Positions 1 to 11,500 of a stretch of DNA of 64,000 bases are shown piece by piece. The notes under the pieces were generated by a model. The model was given only the letters and a program-made list of their open reading frames with translations. It was not told where the DNA came from and ran no database searches. Made by a program: the position numbers and the translations under genes. Positions within the stretch are counted from its first letter, which is position 1. Each line of letters starts with the position of its first letter. The DNA is from Raillietiella orientalis (Eukaryota): NCBI GenBank assembly GCA_036172245.1, contig JAYWIR010000040.1, positions 1,426,001 through 1,490,000 of the forward strand. Reading direction: 5' to 3'.

Positions 1-60
1 AAAATGTTTTGACACGTTTTTTTTTTTTTTTTTGGCTTCGTGTTCTTCCGCCCTGCAAAG

Positions 61-3000
61 GCTCGAGATGTTTACAACGTCCGCGATTTCCAAGAGCTGT
101 TCGAGCTGTTTGAAGACCAGCGCCATCTTGACATTCCTGAAGTGAATTGCGATCTCGGTGACGCCGACAGTAAGGTTAGTGCGTGTGCCTGTTGTCGTGG
201 GGATGAGAGTGTATGCTGCTGCTGGCGCCTCCTCGGGTGCATGTCGAGCCTACCTGAGCCCCGCGGCTATTTCTTCCTCTCTTCCTCCCTTGCGAAAGGG
301 TGATGGCAGAGTGGCGGAACCTACCGCAAGCCTCTCTCTCTCCCCGAGAGGCGTTTGGGAAGATTCTAAAAGATCCTGGAAAGTGTTCTTCCCGGAAAGA
401 TTTCCTCATGACCTTTGTTTTTTTCTTTTGCTCCTGCGGTAGCCGGTAGCCTGGAAAGCGCGCAGCATCCTGGAAACTGGACCGCCAACGTCCTGCACGG
501 TGAACCATTGCGGCAGTTGGTCTCTGGGGCACGGAGACGCACGTCCACAGCCGGAAGGCTCCTCCTCCTCCACGGGGCCGACCAGCGAAGGGCGTTTCTC
601 TCACGTGTCTTCCTGAGTGCGGAGGCAGGGAGGAAAGGCCGTTCCTTCGTCGCCGCCGGCGTTTGGTCAGGTTTTGCCCCCTGGCATCGGCGGGGAAAAT
701 TCGCTTCCCTTGGGAAGGAATCCGCAGCCCACGGTCCTCGCGACCCGGTCTGTTTCCTCTCGTTGCCGCTGCTCTTCCGGGAGCTCCCCTTTTGACTCCC
801 CGCAAGAGCCGCATGTTCCGGAGGTCTCCCGGAGCATCATGACCTCGGCGTCGAGGGACTCTCATCCCATCGAATCTTCCGGTGCGCTCTCGGTCCTCCC
901 TTGGATGAAACTCCCCTCCCTCAAAATTTTGGCCCCCCACCTCCTCCCCCTTTTCCCGACATCGAGCGGGACCGTCTCAGTCAGCGTCGAATCCGGCTCG
1001 GGAGACCGCTCCCCAGTGACGGGGCCCGCGGGAACCGGTCGCTGGGTCTGGAGGCGCTCTTCGTCTCGTCCGTTTGCTTGCCTTTCCCTTTCCTCCTCTT
1101 TCCCGCCCACCTGGGCGCGGCTGTACTGGGCGGAGGCGAGTGCAGCCGCGCCTAGGCGACTTCCCGTTGACTTTCCTCCCTTAGCCTTTCGGTGCGGGCG
1201 GCCATCTTGTTTCCGGAAGGGAGGGTGGAACGCCTCTCCTCCGACCCCTCAGAGCTCTTCGTCCGTGGGGGCGCGAAGAGGAGGTGCGGAGAGGTGCCTC
1301 CGGCGCAGTAAGCCCTCCGGGTTCGCCGCGGGACGGCGATGCGCGGCGGTTCTCCTTTGACCTTCCCTGCCACCGTCAGGCGGGACAGGGGGCAACGGAT
1401 CCTCCCTCCTGTTGGGAGTCGTCCCGACGCCTGACCACACGTCACCTCGGCCTCCGGCGATCGGAACGGCAGGTGCCAAAGAGCAGGAAGCGCGTCGCGT
1501 GCCCTTACTCTCCTGCCTCACGAGGGGGCACCGAGGGAGAGCGGGACTCCCGAAGGGGGTGAGCGTGGTCAGGCATTCCGGGCGGCAGGAGGCGCTCCTG
1601 GGGGCGCCGCATCCTTTTCGGCAACCGGTCTCTCGGCTTTCCAGTCGCGCGCCTGCCTCCGAAGAGGGGAAGCAGGAACCAAGGGAAGGGGGAGAAAGGG
1701 GGCCTGGAAGTCTGGATGAAGGCGGAGGGGGTGAAGGGGAATCCGAACCTTTCGCCGAGAGCTCACCTGACGCCTGTCCCGCCTCGAATTCTCCCGCCAG
1801 CTGCTTTCCTCGATGCGCGCGTGCGGTCTCCTCTTCCCCGCTCATGGCAGCAGCGCCGGAAGAGGGGAGCGGGGCGGGAAGGCGGTCTCATCCCTTCTTT
1901 CCCCTTCCCCATCTACTGGAGGGGTCGCCTGAAAAACCAGGGGGCACCGACTGGCGCGGAAAAGGAGAGCCTACGGGGTCTGAAAACTTCCTGAAGGGAA
2001 GGAGGAAGGACTGCTCCCTGCTTACCCGAGACACCTCCTCGGACGAAAGGAGAGCGCGTGCGCGCCTTCCTGGAGGAGACGAAAGGGGTCGCCGCCGCGG
2101 GGGAGGAGGACTCACTCGCGGCCGGGGTCCTCGTCGTCTTTCCTTCAACTCTCTCTGTCCCGAGGATGACTCCCGATCCGGGCTTCCCTTTCGGGGCTCG
2201 CACTCAGCGGCTGTGTCCTCCAGGATCTGTACCTGCAGCTGCGCAGCGCGCTCAGCAAATACAAGAAGATCGTGGACGAGATGAAGAACGAGTACATTCT
2301 GGATCAGCTGCAGGTCACATCCGTCCTGAAGGCCTGGATCAACATGTACTTCGATGCTCTCCTGGAGGTGGGTCACGGGAAAGAGGGTGTATCGCTGCAG
2401 CCTCCTCCCGCCCGAGGCGCTCTCCCCCAAGCTGCGCTCGTCTACCCCTCCTGCTGAGGGCAGGCCAAGCGGAGGACTCTGCCGCCCCGAGGCTTGCCTG
2501 TCTGACTCCTCCCACCCTCCCTCCCTTCTCTTCCTTGCCCATCCCTTTCCCCCGACCGCACTACCGTGGTGGCGGTGAGGTCAGAGCGGCGCGGACTCCG
2601 GCAGCATCAGGCCCTCCGGGGACTCTGAGCGTTCCGACAGGCTAGGAAACCGGGGAGCGCGCCTTCCGCTCCCGTGTCTTCTTGAGGATGGAGGCAGGAA
2701 GAAGGGACCCTCGGGGGCACTGCCACTCCTCGAAGAGATCTCGGGGAGCCAAGAGGGTTTCCCAGGATGCGGGGATCGAGCAAGGGATTAGGGGAGGGAG
2801 CCGCGTCTGCCTGAGGGAAGAGTGTCCCCTCAGCGGTGCGCCGGAGACTGAACGTCTCCCTGCATGCTTCCGGGGGACCGCGGCAGGGGGGAGTCGTTCC
2901 GCGCGTGGGGCCGCGTAGTTCAGTGTCCGCTGGTCAGGGGAGAGTCCTGAAATTCTGCGCCGAGGGGCTACGGAGGGAAGGCCGGTTCCTGCTGCTTCTG

Positions 3001-3970
3001 CTTTGTCGGTAGCTCCTCCTGTCGATAGACGGCGGTGCATCCCGGGGCATCAAGGGACAAGGAGGGGGAGGGGGAGCTCTTTGTGGGTGGACGGGTGGCG
3101 GCGCGCTCTCTCCGCTCCGCTTGGGTGTTCACGGCGCCCGAGGGTGATTCGTCCAGGAGACGGGAACGGCGGTTCGCGGGATTCGTCGTTTCGCGAGCCC
3201 TGGGAGAAGGGCGTGGCACCCCCTCCCGGCACACGCGAGCCGGGAGCCTCTCTCGAGCGCGTTGCGCGGAACCAGGGGCGGGTAAGGAAAGACGGGAGAA
3301 GGGAGAGGCTGGGACTCCTTGGGGAAGAGCACTGCCTGCTGCTGCCGCTGCCCTCGATCGCCCGGAGGCGTGGTGCTCATGTTGGCTGCTTGACGCTTGC
3401 GCACACGCACCCCCCTTCTCGGCTGCTCTTTGCCCGGCCGAGCATGGCTGGAGAGAGTGCGCGCGATAAATGTCCCGGGGCTCCTCCTCCCCCTTCCTCT
3501 TCCGCGCCCACTCTGAGCGAGTCCTCGCTGCGCAGTCGAGCTCCCCTGGGGAGGGGCTGCGTCTCCTGTTTGACCTCTATCACCCCCTCCCCCTCTTTCC
3601 TCAATGCTCTCGGCCCTCCTGTCTGCTCCAGCCTGCTCCCCCTTGCTGGAAGCATCAGGATGCTGGTGGGCGAATGGGAGAGGGAGGATGCACCCACCCT
3701 TCGCCTGTCTTCAGTCGCCTACCCCACCCCCATCCCCTTCTCTTGCTTGCCTTCCTCGCCACCTTCGGCCGAATGCTGACCATCTCTCTTGCAAGCCAGG
3801 TATTCCCCTACCTGGACTCCCTCATCTCCGCGGAGAGGTGGAACGTCCCCGAGGAAGAGACGTACCACGTGAAGAAGGACGACGCTGCCACTTGGCTGGC
3901 GGTGATGCTTTCCGTGTCAGTGGTGACGGTGTCGAAAGTCCTGAGAGTGCTGAAAGGACAGGTCAAGTGA
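61..3970 (+). CDS. Paralog A (5'-partial): spliced gene for a predicted helical protein, candidate long-chain four-helix cytokine; exons 61-174, 2224-2367, 3800-3970
   Basis: Three exons with canonical AG/GT boundaries, all phase 0, with GC3-rich codons. They join to ARDVYNVRDFQELFELFEDQRHLDIPEVNCDLGDADSK|DLYLQLRSALSKYKKIVDEMKNEYILDQLQVTSVLKAWINMYFDALLE|VFPYLDSLISAERWNVPEEETYHVKKDDAATWLAVMLSVSVVTVSKVLRVLKGQVK*. Each exon aligns by eye with the matching exon of paralog B. Upstream exon(s) lie outside the window. The gene model is well supported; the product call is inference. Confidence 0.8.
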
Positions 3971-4856
3971 CGGGCGCGTGCCGAGCGCACCGTCCCTCCC
4001 CGATCCCACGAGAAGATCGAGCGGCTCACCGGAAGAACGACTACAGCACTTCTCCCCCCCCCCTCCCTACGCCCACCGCGTGGCCATCCACGGCGCCCAC
4101 GTCGGGACCATGTGAGATTTAAATATACAGCGGAGCTCTTCAGCCGCGCGAGAGAAGCTGTCTGGTTGGTCCCGGGAGAGGGCGCGCTCCTCCGCGGCGG
4201 CGCGGATCCTCTGCGCCCTCCTGCGGAGAGCGGAGGAAGGAAAGGCAGTTCCACCGCCGCTCACGAGGGGGAGGAGGCGGGACTCTTTCTTCAGTGGGTC
4301 CGCGGTGGCTCGCCAGCGACGGGAGTTCAAGCCCCCCTCTTCCTGTCTCGCGCAGCCCACTGGCATCCCTGGTCTTCCTGTGGGTCCTCTGGGTCAAGCG
4401 AAGCAAGGCGGACAGGGGTCTTCTGCGAGGCGACCTCCCTCTGCCCCGCTTCGCTTGATCTGGAGCACCAGGAGGACAGGAGTGGATACGCCGAGCTGCA
4501 GCCCGCTCTCGAGGGAAGGGAACGAGAGCAACGGCAGCCCTCTCCTGCCGCTCTCTGGGGGTATCCGGGGTGCAGATTCAGGGAAATTCTTTCTTCCCTC
4601 CCCTGTTTCCCCGGGGTCGCAAGAGCACTCCTCTTCCGTTGGTTTTGCCGGAGATGGACCTGTTGTCCCTCACTTTTGGGGGAGACCTCCTTTGCCAGTA
4701 GCCGGGAGGCGAGTTCGGGAGAGGCTGCCTCCTGGGTTTGCCCGTCCTTCGCTCGGGCGGCGTGCGACCCCGAGTTTTGTTTTGTTTTTTTGACCGTTCG
4801 CTGTTGGTTTTCCACCCCGAAGGCGGTTAGTTCCACCGCCCTCCATCCTGTCCCGA

Positions 4857-4862
4857 AATAAA
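4857..4862 (+). promoter_or_regulatory. Candidate polyadenylation signal of paralog A
   Basis: AATAAA about 890 nt after the paralog A stop codon, in otherwise GC-rich DNA. Confidence 0.35.
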
Positions 4863-5892
4863 CTGGGGCTCTCGCCACTGGGTGCACGGCTGTTCCGTTC
4901 AGTGGTTTCCCTCCTGGTCCCCCGGGAGACCGCGCGGCCGCGTCCTTCGGAGTCGCCGCCGCTGCCTCCCTTGGTCTCTGGCGGCGCAATCATCCGACTT
5001 TCGATTCCCGGAGGGCGCTGGGGTGTGCGCTCCCTCCATGCCCGTCTCGTCGAGTCCTGGGCAGAAAGGGCTCCTCCTCTTCGACCCCCTCCTCCGGGAA
5101 AGGCGGAAAGGGTTTCGCGTCCATGCTGCGGCCGCCCGCTGCCCTACTCTTCTTGTCGTCAGCGTCCCAGACCCCGGACGGCGAAGACAAGGAGGAAGAA
5201 GCGGAGGGATGCTGAAACCTCGCGCCGTGACCTCTCGGGTCACAAGTAGGCTGGCCTCGAGACGAGAGGTGCACGGAGACGGGAAGGTTACCCTCAGCAA
5301 CGGGCACTTGACCTTCGGCGAGGCCGACTGTTACGGCGCCTGCAAGGCGCCCAGGAGGAGGAGGAGAAGGAGACCATCGAAGAAAGAGGTGCCTTCTCCC
5401 CCCCCCCCTCGCCGCAGCTGAGGACGTCACGAGGACTGCAGAGACCTCTGCCGACGCCGCACCCGGCTCGAGTACTGGGACAGCGGCGATCAGCGGGCGG
5501 TAACTTTCAGGATGAGACTCACAGGAGCGCTAGCGTCGCCACAGCTGACCCTGGACAGGTGAGCTCTCCCGCAACTCTTTCTCTTCCCTTCCCCTCCTCT
5601 ACCCGGTGCTTTCCAAGGGCAGCCAGCTCAAGAGTGGGAGGTTCCCGTTTCCCTGCGTGACCTTTCCTCGCAAGGTTGGAGCGAAGCGTCGGCGGCAGGT
5701 GCACGCGTGCCCACCCTGCCTCTGCCCCATCTGCCAGACTGATGGTGTACCCGCGAACGGGGGAAGCGAGCGAGTTGCTCAGGCGAAGGAGGAGACTCAC
5801 TCGCCCAGACCGCAAGCGTTCGCACGTGCCGCCTCGTCCGTCGGCCTGCCATGTCAGTGAAATCCCGTGAGGAAAGGAGGAGATTCCCACAG

Positions 5893-6140
5893 GATATGGC
5901 GGCGTGGAATCGCACATATATCAGTTATCCCAATGTTTGATGCAGAGGGGCCACAAGGTGATCGTGGTCAGACATGCGTATGGGGACAGAATTGGCATCC
6001 GGTACATGACCAATGGATTAAGGGTCTACTACCTCCCGCTGCCTGTGATGTATGAAGAATGCATTTTCCCCACCGCTGTTTGCAGTCTCCCTCTGCTGAT
6101 ATATATCATTTTGAGAGAAAGAATCACCGTGGTGCACTCT
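5893..6140 (+). pseudogene. PIGA: Isolated fragment of PIG-A (GPI-GlcNAc transferase catalytic subunit)
   Basis: Translates as [81 protein letters not shown], the conserved PIG-A/Gpi3 N-terminal region. The preceding SDFFYPNM motif is absent and similarity ends at VVHS with no splice donor. No other PIG-A exons were seen in the window. Confidence 0.85.
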
Positions 6141-8507
6141 GCATTCTCGTACTCCTCGGTTCCCCCGGACAACCCACCGGCTCGGCATGCCCTCTCGGGA
6201 ACCCACACGCCGCCGCAGAGCGGGAGGGCGTCCCGGACTTCGCCGGGAGGACCCTCCGCACCCCCGACGAGGGGGCTGTCGCAGACTCCTGGAGGTGCTT
6301 TGGAGGAGCTCAAGAGCAGCGGAGGAGGATCTCCCCCTCCCTCTGCCTCAGTCCCTGAGCGCTCTTCTGTCTCCCTCAGCGTGACACCACCATCGGGGAC
6401 GGGACACCACGGGTCGGGAGGGAGGACCTGGCTCCGGGCAGGGGGTTGAGGTCGCTGACAAGTGACCTCCCTCTCTCAGTCGCAGGTGGAACCGTTCCTT
6501 CCCCGCACGCGCCCCCAGGTCATCCCCGGGGGCCTCGCGACCCGCAGCCTCCTTGGACCTCGTCCAGTGGCGACACACGGGAAAGCATCTCCGTCATGAG
6601 GCAGCTGCGGCTCCTGGAAACCCCCTGGACTCACCAGGGTTGGTGCCGTCCCCCAGGTGGCAGTGCCGCGCCGAGAGAACGCTGCCCCTCAGAGCATCTC
6701 TCCCGCCGCCGGAGACCGGGATCGCGCTGGAGTCCCTGGGGAAAGCGGGCAGGGAGCTGTGACTGCTTTCCCTGGTCCCTGGCGTACCACATGGGAGCGA
6801 TCTTTCCAGATCGCGCGAGCAGGCTCCCCACCCCTTTTGCGCGCTTTCAGCGTTGACCTCGTGCCTGCAGCGACCCGGATGCGTCCGCCGCGGATGTGAA
6901 CCACTCCGCCTTCCGGGATACGCAGCGACGGGATTTCGTCCGCAGCGCCCACACGGTGGAGGCGATGGGAAGAGATGCTCCCGGAGTCTCTTTCCCCTCG
7001 CTTCCGGGACTACCGACAAAAGAGTCCCAAAGTTCGTCTCCGGGAGCAGTCTCGAATGAAGGAGGTCGTGGGAACTTCCCAGGAGACAGTGTACGAGAAG
7101 CGAAGGCTGTGGAGGAGTTTCTTCCGGTCACGGTGATGCGGGAGGTTTTCCCATGCACTGCGGAGTCTTCGGGCGGCGGCTTTCCAGAGAAAAAGGGCGA
7201 GAGGGGCTATGGGGCCATCCATCTCGCCCGCCTCGTGTGCGAGCACGGCTTGCTTCGAGGATCGGCCAGGGTAATTCATGGCGACCCTCCTGCTCCTTCC
7301 GTAGCCTCCTCTTTATCTCCCCAGGAAAAGACCGCTTCAAGAAGCTGGAATGCGCCCATCAGCCGGTTGCCGAGCTCCGGGACGAACCCGGAAACGCGTG
7401 CGCGTGCCGCACGGCGCGAGGAAGCGTTCTCGAGGTCCGGGTGGCGGCGGGCCACCCGCTGTGTCCCGAACCCAGTTCGAAAAAATCAACTGCCCGCGGC
7501 AGGAACCTCTCCCTATCGCTCCCGACTCCACTTCTGGCATCTCCTTAGGAGCCCCCGTTGCTAAGGGTACGGACCACCCCTATTGCACCTTTTTTTTTTT
7601 TTTATCTTTTTATCAGGGATGGTTGGGAGAAGAACGAATCGGTAAGCCGCCACCGCGAGCACGTCACGCGGCACCCGAGTCTTCTGATCACGTAGCATGC
7701 ACAATCTTGCGCGAGCCGGATGCAGGATGGGGGGTGGATTGCTCCTTGCAGCTACCGAGGGCAGGCGGGCAACGGAGCTGCAGGATGCCATCTCCAGTTT
7801 GTGGGTCACCCACCCTCCTCTCCCCTTCTCTCTATTTTTCTTTTTTTTTTCCCTGCGGAACGCAGGGAGGGGGCGCACGCACACACATAAACGACCCCCC
7901 TTCCAAAGCGGCCGAGTGGCTCCATCTCGTGAGCGGAAATCACAGCACGGAAACGGCGCAGCCTGCCGGCACCGGGCCAGAAATGGCGGCGGCGACGGAG
8001 TCGGCAGCGGGAAAGCGTCGTGCAGACTTCTCACCTTACTGAGAGAGACGCGTGCTATCGCCCTCGCATCTGCTTCTACGGAACTTTTGTTCTGCACTTT
8101 CTCGCCTCTTTTTTTTGCTTCCCCCCCCCCCCCCCATTTTGTTTCCGTTTTCCTTACGGTTTTCCCCCGTTTCCCCCCCCCCCTCCCTGCTGCTCCTCTC
8201 GATTTTTCCTGTATTCACTTCCGGCTGCTGACGTATCGATTTGTCACTCATTCATAGAACATCAAGGTCATCTTGGAGCGCGCGCGCTTAAGATACTCTG
8301 CATTATTCTCCCACTGTGCCTGTGTCCGTGCAGTCGGCAAGGTAACCCCCGCGCCGTGTGGAGGCCTCTAGTCGGCCTTCGCGCATGCCGCCTAGCACGT
8401 CGGAGGTGCCGCTGCCGGTCGGCCCCTCATGCCCTATTGCGTGAACCTGAGAGGCGAGTCCCGGGCTAAAAGCGACTGCAGAGTCAAGCAGCAGCATTGG
8501 CAGCGTC

Positions 8508-11500
8508 ATGGTCGAAGAAGGTCAACTCCACAACAAGGGCTGGCCCTCCGCGGCATCCGGGATCCGGGAGAAGGACAGCAACAAATTCAAGGAGGCCCTG
8601 AAGCAGGCCGTGGGCAACGCGTACCAGCACACCGAGGGCCAATGGCTCGACGACTTGGTAAGGGACCTTCGTGATTCGGTTCCTCCCTGTCGCTCCTTTC
8701 TCTCTCGCGCCGCATCCAGAGTTTTCTCAAGATGGCAGCGGCGCCTGCTTCCCCCTCCTTCTCCTCCTCCTCTGCCCCCCCCCCTCCCCGCTCGCCCTCG
8801 TGGTTGTCGCCCGCGCGAATCGAGAATTCCAGGTGCTCGTGTCGCCTTGTCTCTCGCACGCGCGCTCTCTTTCCCTCTTTCGAGACAGAGATCCAACGGG
8901 GCCTGCAGGATTATTCCGGAAGGCCTTCTTCCCTCCCGCCGTTCCATCCCTCCCGGAAGTCCGATGTTCCTGGCAGGATGCTCCTTGGACGCCGCCGGGC
9001 TCCTCTCAGCGGCTCCCTCCAGTCCAAAGAAGCACGCGTTCGTCCGCCCCCGTCTTCGGTTCGGTTCACTCGTCCGTGATGTCATCGGGGCGCGCGCGCG
9101 TCGCGGGCAGAGGGATTATTGCGCAGCGCAGTCTCCAAACACAAACATTTTTTTTTTCTTCCCCCTTTCCTTCCTCTCCAGAGTTGTTGTTGTTGTTGTT
9201 GGTTTATCAGTTATCTCACGTCTTTTTTTCTGTGTCCGTGTGTCCTCTCTCTGCCGCGGAGAAGCGCTGATGCGGCGTCGCCCGGAATTCCGCGTCGCGC
9301 GCAGGTGTCCTGTTCTCGTGTTCCCGTCGAAGCGTCGCTCTCTCCAGGCGGTGGTGGTCACCCACACGTCTCTCCGGCCAGGTACGGCGGCGCGATTTCC
9401 GTCCGCCGTCCGAGAGCGCGCTCGTGCGTGCCTTCGGCAGGGTCGTCCGCCGAGACGGTCGCCGATCCGTCGTGGGCACGAGCCGCTCTCCTCCGAACTC
9501 TCGTGGGGAAATAGGGCGGCTGCACATTGAGTGAGCAGAAGAGAGAGGGGGGCAAGAGTCGAGTTCTCTCTCCCTGCTATCCGCCCCTGTTGACCACGCC
9601 TCCATACCTGCGCGTCGGTGCGTCAGACCGTTCCGCCAGAGTTTGCCTCATCTGAGCGCGCATCTTCCGCCGGGAGGTGGCTCTCTGCCTCTGTCGAAAG
9701 GCAAGGGGAAGCCTCCCTCTTTTTTTTTTTTAAAAAAAAAAAGGAGCGCGAGGGGGGGCTGGAAGCGGAGGAACCATTGGAAGCGGAGGAACCAGGAAGT
9801 CCCTGCCAGCTCCGCGCCCATGAAGTTCCTGGTCTCTTCTGGAGGCGGGACGGCGTCCTCGGACGCTCGCGGGCTGACCAGCAGGTCGGCGGCGGTCTGT
9901 GTGGTCGCATGCCTGTTGGCCGAGGCCCACAAGAAGGGAGAAAACCTCCTGGATTGAGGTGCTTCCGTCCAGGTCGTGGGAGTTGTGTGAACGCGGCGAT
10001 CCCATAGAGGGCGCACTGCTAGGAGGACGACGGTCTCCATCAGATACCCCGCCCTGCTTTCTCTCTCCCTCCATCTCTCCTTCCAGAGAGCCTTCTTTCC
10101 CGTCTGCCGTCTCGCGCGAGACCTTGCCATGCGGCGGGAGCGGGGATTCGGAGCTTCTGGGAGAGAGAGGGGGGGGGGCACTCGAAGAAGGAGCGGAAAA
10201 TTGCGTCCTCTTCCCGCATCGTTCCTGGGGAAGAGCGTGGCCTCCCCACGCGGTCTTCCCTCCGGGGGGTCTCGACGGCCTGGCATCGCGGCCGTTCCTG
10301 CCGTCGCCGGGCGCTCGACCTACCCGCTTCCTCCCTTCCCGATAGGGGGGGGAGGTCCACTTTGGCTTTCGAGGTGGGTCGGAGGGACGGCTCAGCGAAC
10401 TCTCGTGAGATACTGCGCCCGCTTGACGACTCGCGAGGGCGTGCAGATAGGGGGAGGGCTGCGTTTCTCCCCCTCCCCTCCTCCTTGGTTTTGCTCTTCC
10501 CCGAGACTGTTCATCCCAGTCTCCCGAGATTCTCTCCTGGACCCTCTGCTGCCGTTGTTCCTGCTGAACTCTCCACGTCCAGGTCCTCCCGTATCCTGCT
10601 TAGAGACGCTCCTTCCGGCTCTCACTGGCGATGCGTCAGCGCAGAAACGACCGCGCGCCCGAACTCCTCTGCGGGAAGGTCACAGCGACGAGTCCACCGG
10701 TCCTTCCTGGACTCTTCCGTCCCGCACCAGCTGCGCGCTCAGTCGGACTAGGGGGAAGCGAGAGGTCGGCGCCGCTCTTGGAGGTCCTCAGCGCCGACCT
10801 CCGAAGGCGGCCAACCGAACAGCAGCTGCCCGGTACGCCCTCCGCGTCGCTTCCGCCTTCCCCAGTTGGGCCGGGAGCACAAGGAGCAAATTTCCCGCAA
10901 GAGCGTAGCAATGGCCGGCCGAGTGGATGCGAGGTCGAGTTCCACGCCTCCTGCTTTTTCTTTTTTTTCTAAAGCCATCGGTTCTGAGAACCGCCTTTGC
11001 TTGCTCCTGCGCGCAACAGTGGCAGTTCGAAGAGTCTCCTCCAGGGTGGTCTTTCCGCCCCCGTTCGTGGACGCTGCCTCTTGCTAGATCGACGGCCGCA
11101 GCGGGAATCCTTCCTCTGGCTGCAAGAGACCAGTACCCCGGCTGACATCCCAAATCTCTTGGTGCTGGCCCGGTCGGCGACCTCCCTACTACATAGCGCC
11201 TCACGTCTCCGGCTTCTGCCCGTGGACCTCCTGCCCACCCTCCCAGGTGTTTTCTGGAATTCCGCTTCCATCCGAGGTCGCATCCAGTGACGCTGGGGGC
11301 TCGTTGCAGTACGCAATTCCTCATCTTCCTCCCGGGAAGCATGTACCTGCCGGAGCCATCGCGAAGTGGTGCTCGCTCCACTCACGGTTGCCGTGGATCT
11401 GGCAGGGTGATCACCTCCGGACCTCAAATGACCTTTTCTTGGTGACCTGGGAGGTTCGTTTCGCTGCTGCATTCCGGCTCGCTCCACCCTTCCCTCCCGT

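Noticed and set aside
61..174. Resemblance of IPEVNCDLGDAD to the STRIP1/FAM40 N-terminus
   Set aside because: The following STRIP motifs (ELSELYSYTE) are absent, and the exon is better explained as part of paralog A.
5418..5558. 141-nt segment with good acceptor and donor, same length as one paralog B exon
   Set aside because: No similarity to the paralog exons in any frame, and it cannot be spliced in frame to the PIG-A fragment. Unsupported as a coding exon.
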